Below, piece after piece: positions 10,626 to 23,183 of a DNA stretch of 64,000 nucleotides (position 1 is the first letter of the stretch; each line of letters opens with the position of its first letter). The position numbers and the translations under genes are program-made. Source of the stretch: Gallionella sp. (GTDB lineage: Bacteria > Pseudomonadota > Gammaproteobacteria > Burkholderiales > Gallionellaceae); NCBI GenBank assembly GCA_035720625.1, contig DASTNS010000029.1, positions 4,014 to 68,013 on the forward strand, given 5' to 3'. The notes under the pieces are model-generated. The model worked only from the letters and a program-made list of their open reading frames with translations. It had not been told where the DNA came from and made no database searches.

Positions 10626-10698
10626 AGCCACGGATTGACACGGATATTCACGGATAACCCCGGTTCTTATCCGTGCTGATCCGTGTCAATCCGTGGCT
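10626..10698. repeat. Long hairpin built from ~10-bp CACGGAT-core tandem units, copy 1
   Basis: GCCACGGATTGACACGGATATTCACGGATAA-loop-TTATCCGTGCTGATCCGTGTCAATCCGTGGC; second copy at 51158-51229. Confidence 0.85.
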
Positions 10699-10734
10699 CG
10701 ATTGCCCATGCATGGAAGAGCCCATATTACTGGA

Positions 10735-11544
10735 ATGACTACCCTCCTTCCCCTGGCCGGATTGAAAATCGCCGTCACGCGGCCGCGCGAGCAGGCCGCG
10801 CCACTGGCGCGGTGCATCGAGCAGGCGGGTGGCATCCCGCTGCTGTTCCCGCTGCTGGATATCGCGCCACCGCAGGATAGTCAGACGCTGCACGAACAGG
10901 TTTCCCGCCTTGCCCAATTCGACCTTGCCATCTTCATTAGCCCGAACGCCGTGCAGTACGGCATGGCGGCGATCCGTTCGGCGGGTGTGCTGCCGCCTGC
11001 ATTGAAGATTGCCGCAGTCGGACAGGGCAGCGCGAAGGCGTTGCGCGAGCTGGGTATCACCGGGGTCATCGTGCCTGTCGAGCGTTTCGACAGCGAAGGC
11101 CTGCTGGCCTTGCCGGAATTGCAGAATGTCGCCGGATGGCGCGTGCTGATCTTTCGCGGCGACGGCGGGCGCGAGTTGCTCGGCGATACGCTCAGGGCGC
11201 GCGGCGCGACGGTGGAATATGTAGCCTGCTACCGGCGCAGCAAGCCGCAGCAGGATATTGCCGCGTTGCTCGAGGCCGCACCGGATGTGCTGACGGTGAC
11301 GAGCAGCGAGGCGCTGGATCACCTGTGGCAGATGCTGGGCGATGCACGGCGCGATCGCGTATGCGGCCTGCCGTTGTTCGTGCCGCATACGCGCATCGCC
11401 GAGCTGGCACAGCGGCAAGGCTGGCGGCAGGTGCTGCTGACCGGCGCAGGGGATGACGGATTGTTATCGGCTTTGATAGCATGGGCAAGACAGAAAAACG
11501 CAGGACAGTGTTCCGGCGCCAGACTTCCGGGGAACCCGACATGA
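10735..11544 (+). CDS. hemD: Uroporphyrinogen-III synthase
   Basis: VTRPREQA, FISPNAV, DSEGLL, RGDGGRELL and YRR motifs; position after hemC. Confidence 0.93.
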   Translation: MTTLLPLAGLKIAVTRPREQAAPLARCIEQAGGIPLLFPLLDIAPPQDSQTLHEQVSRLAQFDLAIFISPNAVQYGMAAIRSAGVLPPALKIAAVGQGSAKALRELGITGVIVPVERFDSEGLLALPELQNVAGWRVLIFRGDGGRELLGDTLRARGATVEYVACYRRSKPQQDIAALLEAAPDVLTVTSSEALDHLWQMLGDARRDRVCGLPLFVPHTRIAELAQRQGWRQVLLTGAGDDGLLSALIAWARQKNAGQCSGARLPGNPT

Positions 11545-12668
11545 ACGAGCAGCAGCAACCAACAGAAAATACCAATCGCGTCGAGAGCGAGGAGCCGCCG
11601 CCGTATATCGTGGCACCCGCGCCGCGCCACAATTCTTTCGTGACGGCTTTTTCCAGGATGAATCTCACGCAGATGACGCTGGTGGTGCTGGTGGTGATCT
11701 TCCTGTGGCAATGGTTCGACGGGCATCGCGCGATCGGCGACATGCAGCAGCAACTGGCGAAGAAGATCGCCGAGATGGATGGCGTCAGCAAGGCCAACCA
11801 GGTGCTGCTGACGCAAAGCCAGGGCGAAGTGCGCGAGCTGTCGGCCAAAGTGGCGACGCTGGAAACACGCTATGCCGAGGCGCAAAACCAGCGCGCCGCG
11901 CTGGAGGCCTTGTATAACGACCTATCCGTCAGCCGCGACGAAACCGCGCTCGCGGAAGTCGAGCAGATGCTGCTGATCGCCGGGCAGCAATTGCAACTGT
12001 CGGCCAACGTCAAGGCCGCGCTGATCGCCATGCAGAGCGCCGACACCCGTTTGCAGCGCATGGACCGGCCGGCGTTCAACGGGTTGCGCAAGGCCATCGG
12101 CCAGGACATGGACAAGCTGCGCGCATTGCCCAGCGTGGACATCACCGGCATCAATCTCCAGCTCGACAATCTGATCGGCGCCGTGGACGAGTTGCCGCTG
12201 GTCTATCAGCAGCGCGCGGCGAAGAAGGAGGAGGCTGTGCAGACCGCAACGCCGAAGAATGAAACGGCCTGGCAGAAGCTGCTGCGCGAAATCTGGCAGG
12301 ATGCCAAACAACTGGTGCGCATCGAGGATACCGGCAAGGCCGAGATTCCGCTGTTGCCGCCCAACCAGGAATTTTTCCTGCGCGAAAACCTCAAGCTGCG
12401 CCTGCTGTCAGCGCGTCTCGCATTGCTGTCGCGCGACGAGGACGGCTTCAGGCAGGAACTGAAAACCGCGCAACTCTGGGCGACGCGCTATTTCGACGGC
12501 AAATCGAACGAGGTCATGCGGATGCTGGCCGCGCTGAAGAAGATTGCCGCCTCCCCCGTCAGCATCGAATTGCCGGACGTCAGTCCGAGCCTGCAGGCCG
12601 TGCGCAATTACCGCCTGACGCATGAACACGCGGCAGACCGTATTCCTGCCAAAAAGACGGTGCGATGA
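11541..12668 (+). CDS. hemX: HemX-family protein
   Basis: Single TM plus coiled coil; LAEVEQML, FFLRENLKLRLLSARLALL and RYFD motifs; hemCDXY order. Confidence 0.9.
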   Translation: MNEQQQPTENTNRVESEEPPPYIVAPAPRHNSFVTAFSRMNLTQMTLVVLVVIFLWQWFDGHRAIGDMQQQLAKKIAEMDGVSKANQVLLTQSQGEVRELSAKVATLETRYAEAQNQRAALEALYNDLSVSRDETALAEVEQMLLIAGQQLQLSANVKAALIAMQSADTRLQRMDRPAFNGLRKAIGQDMDKLRALPSVDITGINLQLDNLIGAVDELPLVYQQRAAKKEEAVQTATPKNETAWQKLLREIWQDAKQLVRIEDTGKAEIPLLPPNQEFFLRENLKLRLLSARLALLSRDEDGFRQELKTAQLWATRYFDGKSNEVMRMLAALKKIAASPVSIELPDVSPSLQAVRNYRLTHEHAADRIPAKKTVR

Positions 12669-13840
12669 AATACCTGCTCTGGATACTGCTGCTGTTTGCC
12701 GCTGCGGCCGCGCTGGTGACGGCTTCGCATAATCCGGCCTACGTGCTGCTGGTGTATCCGCCTTACCGCATCGAGCTGTCGCTTACGCTATTCATCGTCC
12801 TGCTTATACTCGCATTCGTATTCGGCTACGGTATGCTGCGCCTGATGTTCGTGGTTGTGCAATTGCCGGCATATGTGCGGGAATTCCGCCTGGAGCGTGC
12901 GCAAGGCAAGGCGCGCGAGTTGCTGGACGATGCGCTCAATGCGTTCTTCGAGGGGCATTATGCCGCGGCGGAAAAGGCTTCCGCGCGCGCGATGGAATTA
13001 GGCGACACCTCCGCCCTGCATCCCATCATCGCGGCGCGTTCCGCGCACGAGCTGCACGAATATGAAAAACGCGATGCCTACTTGTCCGCCGCCGAGGGCA
13101 AGACTGCCGGCGATGCCACCATGCGCCTGATGGCGGCCACCAAATTCATGCTCGACCAGCGTGACTCGCGCGGCGCGCTGCATGCGCTGCGGGAATTGCG
13201 CGACAGCGGCGTCAAGGGCCACCCCGGCGTATTGTCGCTGGAACTCAAGGCGCAGCAACAGGCAGGCAACTGGGATGAGGTGCTGAACGTGCTCGACCAG
13301 CTGGAAAAATACCAATCCATCGACGTGACGGTGGCGGCGCAACTGCGCCAGCAGGCCTGGCTGGAAAAGATCCGCCAGCAGGAAGATCTGACGGGGCTGA
13401 CCGATTGTCTGAAAAGTATCCCCGCCGATTTCAAGCGGCGCGGCAAGATTGCCGCCACGGCCGCGCGCGCGCTGATCCGGCACGGCGGCAGCCCGCTCGC
13501 GCAGCAACTGCTCTCAGACAGCCTGAATGCGCAATGGGACAGCGAACTGGTCGCGCTGTACGGCGATTGCCAGTCCGGCGACGTGATTGAGCAGGTCAGG
13601 CAGGCCGAGAAATGGCTCAACCAGCACAAGGACGATGCCGGGCTGTTGCTCGCGCTCGGCAAGCTGTGCCTGCACCAGAAGCTGTGGGGCAAGGCGCAAA
13701 ACTACCTGGATGCCAGCATCAGCGTATCTCCCAGCCATGCCGCCTACCACGCGCTGGGTCAACTGGCAGAGAAATTGCAAAAACCGGAGGAGGCGTTCGG
13801 CTATTACCAGAAGGCGATGGCGATAACGAAGAGTGAGTAA
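12665..13840 (+). CDS. hemY: HemY-family TPR protein
   Basis: Two N-terminal TMs with YVL...PYRIE; C-terminal LALGKLC..QKLWGKA TPR. Confidence 0.9.
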   Translation: MKYLLWILLLFAAAAALVTASHNPAYVLLVYPPYRIELSLTLFIVLLILAFVFGYGMLRLMFVVVQLPAYVREFRLERAQGKARELLDDALNAFFEGHYAAAEKASARAMELGDTSALHPIIAARSAHELHEYEKRDAYLSAAEGKTAGDATMRLMAATKFMLDQRDSRGALHALRELRDSGVKGHPGVLSLELKAQQQAGNWDEVLNVLDQLEKYQSIDVTVAAQLRQQAWLEKIRQQEDLTGLTDCLKSIPADFKRRGKIAATAARALIRHGGSPLAQQLLSDSLNAQWDSELVALYGDCQSGDVIEQVRQAEKWLNQHKDDAGLLLALGKLCLHQKLWGKAQNYLDASISVSPSHAAYHALGQLAEKLQKPEEAFGYYQKAMAITKSE

Positions 13841-13857
13841 ATCACCAGAATTTTTTG

Positions 13858-15096
13858 CTATTGCGGTGAATGTGCTTCTAGTCCTATCTCGACAATTTCG
13901 GTAACGGCCAAGCCGGCAATATCGCCAAGTTTTCCAGCTTTTGCATGGTGTTCAAGCAGGCTGGAAACGCGTGCGTACGTAGAATCCACAAAACGCTCCA
14001 CCCCATCTGACTCTCGCTGCCGGACACCAAAACGGATATCGCTGCGTTTGTCCGGCAGGAGTTTGCACAATAGATTCTTGGTTGCCCAGATTGCGCCATT
14101 ACGCGCCAAATCACTCAAGCGTGCGGTGTGGTTGATCGTGTCGCCAAGAACAGTGAACTCAAGTGAGCCTTCGGCTTGAAAAGTACCCACCCATTCCTGG
14201 CCTTCGTTAATTCCGATGTTTAGATACAACTCGTTCAGCCAACCCTTGCGGATTTGCCATTCCTTACTGATTTTGCGCATTGTTTCACGAACTTGTTGAG
14301 CGCAGAGCAGGGAGTCCATGATGTAATCGCTGTCGTATTGAGGAAAGAAATAATAGACTATCCCGTCGCCAACATGCTTGCCATGTGTTGCGTTGCTGCG
14401 GTGGAAAACGGAGGCTAGAGCGCTCCATATTTGGTTGATAAGCTCAAAGTATTCCTCGGGGGGCAATTCCGAACAAATTTTAACCGAGTCCTGCAAATCG
14501 GCAACCATGACTGCGAGATCAGTGAGCACCGGTTGGCGTTTGGTGAGCAATTCGCGTGCAATCACATCGCGCCTTGTAAGGATGTTGGTGAGGGCATCAC
14601 TGTGCTCATGGATTGGCGCATACGCAACAAAAATACCTTCACGCAAAAAGAAGGCGTGGACACGGTATGGCAAATCGCCGATGGCAATCTCGAAATCAAT
14701 TAGAGACTGGTCAGGCAGCATTACCGCAATATCGGCGCTTTTTTGCACTATGGCTCTAATTTCTGCATTGAGGTGACAGCAGATATCATTCAACGCCTCT
14801 TGGGAGAGGCGGCTGTGGGCAAGCAGCGCATTGGCGGTAACCAGCCCTGTCATTATGTCCCGTGGGAGACTGGCTGTTTGCAGCAAGTGGAAAATATTGC
14901 GTTCTTCTTCGCGTAGCGGCAGCGAGACATCGCTTCCCGTTATCAAGTGGCGCCCGGCTTGGTTGCACCAATCAACGTGAAAATTAAAATCGACCCAATA
15001 CGCCGGCTCGGTAATTAAATCCAGAGAGAGTTGTGGTGAGAATACTGATGGAGAAACCGGCTTATGTGTGTCGCTTAATTTGATGTCGTTGTTCAT
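13858..15096 (-). CDS. Class III adenylate/guanylate cyclase domain protein
   Basis: VADLQDS, GKHVGDG, IGINEG and FTVLGDTINHTARL motifs; visibly lower GC than neighbours. Confidence 0.85.
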   Translation of the reverse strand: MNNDIKLSDTHKPVSPSVFSPQLSLDLITEPAYWVDFNFHVDWCNQAGRHLITGSDVSLPLREEERNIFHLLQTASLPRDIMTGLVTANALLAHSRLSQEALNDICCHLNAEIRAIVQKSADIAVMLPDQSLIDFEIAIGDLPYRVHAFFLREGIFVAYAPIHEHSDALTNILTRRDVIARELLTKRQPVLTDLAVMVADLQDSVKICSELPPEEYFELINQIWSALASVFHRSNATHGKHVGDGIVYYFFPQYDSDYIMDSLLCAQQVRETMRKISKEWQIRKGWLNELYLNIGINEGQEWVGTFQAEGSLEFTVLGDTINHTARLSDLARNGAIWATKNLLCKLLPDKRSDIRFGVRQRESDGVERFVDSTYARVSSLLEHHAKAGKLGDIAGLAVTEIVEIGLEAHSPQ

Positions 15097-15277
15097 GGCA
15101 AATCTGAATTTGGTTAGGTATGCGGGGGAACTTTATACAGTACCAAGCCTATCGGCCACTACATTGTAAATTATTCAGGCAATATGTGAGTTAGGGAGCC
15201 TGAAACAAATTCCGGTTAGTCGCGACATCGGCCCATAAATTCCTTGGCTTTGTGCAACCATGCCGCAATTTCTTGAG

Positions 15278-16291
15278 TTAAATTTTTGGCACAAACGTAA
15301 ATGCATCCGAGAAGAACGCCGCATCCGGCAAACCGCACTGCGCAGTGAAGTCGCGGCGCGCGACATCCACCATGGCCGGCGTACCGCAGGCGTAGATTTC
15401 ATGGCCGGACAGGTCGTTGAAATCATCCAGCACCGCCTGATGAACCGGCCCGGCTCTGCCTTGCCAATCATCTTCCGGCAAGGCTTCTGAAAGTACCGGA
15501 GTGAACTTGATGCCGCTGCTTTCCCATTGCCTTGCCTCCTCCAGCATGTATAGATCGGCCGGTCTGCGCCCTCCCCAGTAGAGATGCATGGGGCGTTGCA
15601 GGCCGATGTGCAGCGCGTGTTCGATCATCGACTTGACTGGCGCGAAACCCGTGCCGTCGGCGACGAAGATGACCGGTTTGTCCGAGTCTTCGCGCAACCG
15701 GAACTCGCCGAGCGGGCCCTTGAAGCGCAGCAGGTCGCGCTCTTTCATTCCGTTGAATACATACTGCGTGAAAGCCCCACCCTCAACCTTGCGGATATGC
15801 AGTTCGAGGAATCCGCCGTTGTGCGGCGCGTTGGCCAGCGAGAAATTGCGCGGCTTCTGGTCTTTCGGCAGGATGGAGATGTGTTGTCCGGCCAGGAAGC
15901 GCAATTGTTCGCCCATAGGCAGTTCGAGTTGCAGCGCCATCACATCATCCGCCAGCCGGGTCATCTTGCGCACGCGGCAGGGCATGATTCTCACCGGGAT
16001 ATCGCTGATCTTGCCGGCAGTATGGCATTCGATCACCAGATCCGATTTCGGCCTGGCGCAACAGAATAATGTCATGCCCGCCGCTTTATCCATATTCGTC
16101 AGCGCGCTGCCCAGATAGTTGCCGTGATCGACCTGCCCCTCCATTACCTTGCCCTTGCATACGCCGCATGCACCTTCGCGGCAGCTATACGGCAGGGTGT
16201 AGCCGTGCCTGAGTGCGGCATCAAGGATGGTTTCGTTTTCTTCGATGGGGAACTGGTAGCCGCTCGGCTGGATAGTGGTTTGAAAGGTCAT
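15278..16291 (-). CDS. 2Fe-2S/FAD/NAD oxidoreductase (CDP-6-deoxy-delta-3,4-glucoseen reductase-like)
   Basis: CREGACGVCKG...CC ferredoxin; RNFSLAN, GTGFAP and YACG motifs; start taken at MTFQ. Confidence 0.88.
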   Translation of the reverse strand: MTFQTTIQPSGYQFPIEENETILDAALRHGYTLPYSCREGACGVCKGKVMEGQVDHGNYLGSALTNMDKAAGMTLFCCARPKSDLVIECHTAGKISDIPVRIMPCRVRKMTRLADDVMALQLELPMGEQLRFLAGQHISILPKDQKPRNFSLANAPHNGGFLELHIRKVEGGAFTQYVFNGMKERDLLRFKGPLGEFRLREDSDKPVIFVADGTGFAPVKSMIEHALHIGLQRPMHLYWGGRRPADLYMLEEARQWESSGIKFTPVLSEALPEDDWQGRAGPVHQAVLDDFNDLSGHEIYACGTPAMVDVARRDFTAQCGLPDAAFFSDAFTFVPKI

Positions 16292-16332
16292 GATGAAACT
16301 GTCAAGGTGTCCGAAAAGATAAATTACAAGGC

Positions 16333-16482
16333 ATATACATAGCGGCAGAAATCGTAGCGAGCGGGCTGGCATTGGGGGAGCACGGAGCGCAGGCACCGGA
16401 GTGTACATAGAAGTACATGAGGATGCCGAGTACCGCGCGACCCCGATGTCAGTTCGCGCAGTAGATTTATGCTGCTGTATAT
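16333..16482. repeat. ~150-bp palindromic element (RPE-like) in a divergent promoter region
   Basis: Terminal IR ATAGCGGCAGAAATC / GATTTATGCTGCTGTAT; inner stems CTGGCATTGGG/CCCGATGTCAG and TGTAC-atagaa-GTACA. Confidence 0.65.
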
Positions 16483-16491
16483 AATTATGCC

Positions 16492-17391
16492 ATGAAACGA
16501 TTGCTGATCATCGGCTGCGGAGACGTGGCGATGCGCGCCATTCCTTTGCTGGCGCGCCGCTACCGGCTATTCGCCCTGGTGCGCAATCCGGCCTGCCGCG
16601 AAAAATTGCGCGCGCTAGGCGTGCTGCCGATCCTCGGCGACCTGGACGACCGCGCCAGCCTTAGACGCATCGCCGGAATAGCCGATACCGTGTTGCATTT
16701 CGCCCCGCCTTCCTCTGCGCCTCCCCTGACAAGGGGAGGCCGGGAGGGGTTGGGTATCGACATGCGTACCCAACATCTGCTCAGTGCTTTGTCGCGTGGA
16801 GCATTACCGGAACGGCTGGTATACATCAGTACCAGCGGCGTCTATGGCGATTGCGGCGGCGTAGTCGTGAGCGAAACACACCCGCTCAACCCGCAAACGG
16901 CGCGCGCGCAACGCCGTGCCGATGCCGAAAGGCAAATCCGTGACTGGGCGAAACGCAACCGGGTGAAGGCCGGCATCCTGCGCGTGCCGGGCATTTATGC
17001 CGCCGACCGCCTGCCGCTGGACCGCCTGAGGCAGGGCTTGCCGTGTATCATCGACAGTGAGGACAGTTATACCAACCGCATCCACGCCGACGATCTGGCG
17101 CGCGTCGCCGCATCGGCATTGCGCTACGGGAAGGCATGCCGCGTGTACCACGCCAGCGACGACAGCCGGATGAAAATAGGTGAGTACTTCGATGCCGTGG
17201 CGGATGCATCCGGCTTACCGCGCCCACCGCGCGTCAGCCGCGCCGAGGCGCAGCGCGCGCTGCCGGAAACGCTGCTGTCGTTCATGAACGAATCGCGGCG
17301 GCTGACCAATCGGCGCATGAAGCGGGAGTTGAAAGTGAAGCTGCGTTATCCGACAGTGGCGGATATGCTGGCTACAATCGAATGTTTCTGA
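16492..17391 (+). CDS. NAD-dependent epimerase/dehydratase (extended SDR, YeeZ-like) with a short repeat-derived insert
   Basis: GCGDVA Rossmann motif; YISTSGVYG, LRVPGIY and RIHADDL motifs; insert APPLTRGGREGLG at 16720-16753. Confidence 0.9.
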   Translation: MKRLLIIGCGDVAMRAIPLLARRYRLFALVRNPACREKLRALGVLPILGDLDDRASLRRIAGIADTVLHFAPPSSAPPLTRGGREGLGIDMRTQHLLSALSRGALPERLVYISTSGVYGDCGGVVVSETHPLNPQTARAQRRADAERQIRDWAKRNRVKAGILRVPGIYAADRLPLDRLRQGLPCIIDSEDSYTNRIHADDLARVAASALRYGKACRVYHASDDSRMKIGEYFDAVADASGLPRPPRVSRAEAQRALPETLLSFMNESRRLTNRRMKRELKVKLRYPTVADMLATIECF

Positions 17392-17586
17392 ACTTGTTCA
17401 ACGTCGGCTTTCGCCACCCATTACTGCCATTCGCATTTCTCAAAAGTTGGCTGTCAATGTCTGGATTATGCGTTTTTCACCGCTGCGCCGGCCCTGACAT
17501 TTTTTTGAATGGACAAACCATACCCATACCGACCAACGGCCAATAAGCCAAAGTATCCAGGCAATTTTGTTGGGCATCCGCGATGC

Positions 17587-19137
17587 TCACGTAACATCGT
17601 GCTCCCACTGCGCGAGCCATTGCGTCAGCTCTCCCGCCGTTGTTTCATACTGCTCGATGATCTCGTCGCCCGGCATGGCGCGGACGATGCCCAGGGCGGC
17701 GCGCCGCAAAGTCTGCGCGCGCGGCATGTCTTCGGCGCGCTCGCACAGTGCCGCCAGCTCCAGGTACGCGGCTACGAAGCGCGGATCGAGATAGATGGCC
17801 TTGTTCAGGCACTCTTTTGCCTGATTGAAATCACCCCTGAGTTGAGCCAACTGCGCCAACAGAAAGTAGGGCGCTGCCGCCAGCGGAGCGGCGACCAGAA
17901 TCTTGCGGCACACCCGCTCCGCCTGTTCATACTCGCCGCGGTCGGCATGTGACCTCGCTTCCTTGAGCAACGCATCGTTGCCCCCTCCCCAGCCCTCCCC
18001 AGCAGGCGGAGGAGGGAGTGTCTTGGATGTTTCCTCCGCGCTGCGCACAATGGCGGGAGCTGCAATCTCCACTTCCCCCCATCCCAACCTTCCCCCGCGA
18101 GCGAGGGAAGGAGCGAGTGCTTCTCCACCGGCCTGCGCCACAACTCCCTCCCCCGCTCGCGCATAGCCCCCTCCCCCGCTTGCGGGGTAACCAGCCACTT
18201 GGTTGCCGTTTTTTGGCGGCCTAGTGGAATGGCTAGTAGTTCCATCAGAGGGTTGGGGTGGGGGGCAACTAATCCCGGCGGGTGCTTGAACCCTCCGCCG
18301 ATACACCACCCCCTCGGCAAACAGCTTGGATTCCAGCTCCTGTACTGAATGGCCGGTGAGTTCGGTATGCGCGGTCAGGAGATAGCCGCCTTCGCGCAGT
18401 GTGGCCGCAAACTTTGCCGCGACTGCGGACACGGCGGCGGGTTCGAAGTAGATAAACACGTTGCGGCACAGAATCAAATCCATGTCATGCAGCTCCGAAG
18501 CTGAATCCGGGAATGGATCACTGACGAGATTGGAAACGCGGAACGTCACCATGCGGTGGATGCGCTCATCCAGCACAAACAATTGCGGATTGTAGATTTC
18601 GGATTGCGGATCGGAATGAAAATAGCGTTGCTGTATTCCCGGAGGGACCATGCGGAACGACCACTTCCCATACTGCGCGCGCCGCGCCTTGGCAATCGCC
18701 GCCGAATCGATGTCGGTGCCGAGAATCAGGATGTCCCAGCCGTCACGCTCCGGCAGCAGCATGTCCACCAGCATCGCCAGTGAATAAACCTCCTCGCCGC
18801 TGGCGCAGCCCGCGCTCCACAGGCGCAGGGCTTTGTCATGGCGATGCTGCTCGATCAGTTCGGGCAGCAGGCGCAGGCGCAATAGATCGAACTGGCCGTG
18901 GTCGCGGAAGAAAAATGTCTCGCCGGTGGTAAAGGCGCGCGCGAACTTCTCCCATTCCCCGGCTGCTTGATTGCCAGCGAGAAAAATCCGGTAGTCCTTC
19001 AGTGAGGCATACCCCAAATGTGCGGCGCGCTCGCGCAGCATGCCGGCGAAACGGTCGCGCGCATCGTCCGGGATGCGCAGCCCAATTTGGTGCGCGGCCA
19101 GTTGCGTCAGTTCGTCAAGCAGCGCTGTGTCGTTCAT
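17587..19137 (-). CDS. cheR: CheR-type methyltransferase with C-terminal TPR (WspC-like)
   Basis: TTGETFFFRD, WSAGCASGEE.YS, GTDID and CRNVFIYF motifs; TPR tail; linker is repeat-derived. Confidence 0.92.
   Translation of the reverse strand: MNDTALLDELTQLAAHQIGLRIPDDARDRFAGMLRERAAHLGYASLKDYRIFLAGNQAAGEWEKFARAFTTGETFFFRDHGQFDLLRLRLLPELIEQHRHDKALRLWSAGCASGEEVYSLAMLVDMLLPERDGWDILILGTDIDSAAIAKARRAQYGKWSFRMVPPGIQQRYFHSDPQSEIYNPQLFVLDERIHRMVTFRVSNLVSDPFPDSASELHDMDLILCRNVFIYFEPAAVSAVAAKFAATLREGGYLLTAHTELTGHSVQELESKLFAEGVVYRRRVQAPAGISCPPPQPSDGTTSHSTRPPKNGNQVAGYPASGGGGYARAGEGVVAQAGGEALAPSLARGGRLGWGEVEIAAPAIVRSAEETSKTLPPPPAGEGWGGGNDALLKEARSHADRGEYEQAERVCRKILVAAPLAAAPYFLLAQLAQLRGDFNQAKECLNKAIYLDPRFVAAYLELAALCERAEDMPRAQTLRRAALGIVRAMPGDEIIEQYETTAGELTQWLAQWEHDVT
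17980..18270. repeat. In-frame cluster of BoxC-like palindromic repeats (family A) containing a nested 60-bp element (family B, 18188-18247)
   Basis: Same CCCCCAYCCCARCCYTCCCCCG..GGGGGARGG units as the intergenic copies. Confidence 0.9.
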
Positions 19138-19167
19138 GGTTGATCCAGCGTGAAATGTCCCAACCTT

Positions 19168-19292
19168 GCCCCCACCCCAACCCTCCCCCGCACGCTACGC
19201 GTGCGGGGGAGGGAGTGTGGTTCACTATTTACTCCCCCCCTGCGCGAAGCGCGGGGGAGGATTGGGGTGGGGGCGGAATCCGCAATCGAGAA
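19168..19292. repeat. Inverted pair of family A repeats plus 7-mer (AATCCGC) remnant
   Basis: GCCCCCACCCCAACCCTCCCCCGCACGCTACGCGTGCGGGGGAGGG and its inverse. Confidence 0.9.
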
Positions 19293-23033
<3,741 letters not shown>

Positions 23034-23082
23034 CTTGTGATCACCCATCAGGTCATTCATCGAATTGAGGGATATTGGCCGC

Positions 23083-23170
23083 GCCCCCATCCCAACCTTC
23101 CCCCCTGAACGGGGGAAGGAGAAAAGCTCCCTCCCTTGCGCGCAGCGCGGGGGAGGGTTGGGGAGGGGGT
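23083..23170. repeat. Inverted pair of family A repeats
   Basis: CCCCCATCCCAACCTTCCCCCTGAACGGGGGAAGG ... CCCTCCCTTGCGCGCAGCGCGGGGGAGGGTTGGGGAGGGGG. Confidence 0.9.
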
Positions 23171-23183
23171 TTTCCGGTACCCT

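Noticed and set aside
15150..15176. Possible sigma28 promoter for the 13858-15096 cyclase (GCCGATAG on the minus strand)
   Set aside because: The -10 box is good but there is no TAAA at the required 15-nt spacing.
17441..17578. Possible ~45-aa Trp-rich ORF (MPNKIAWILWLIGRWSVWVWF...) after cheR
   Set aside because: No clear SD or recognisable family; cannot be supported from sequence alone.
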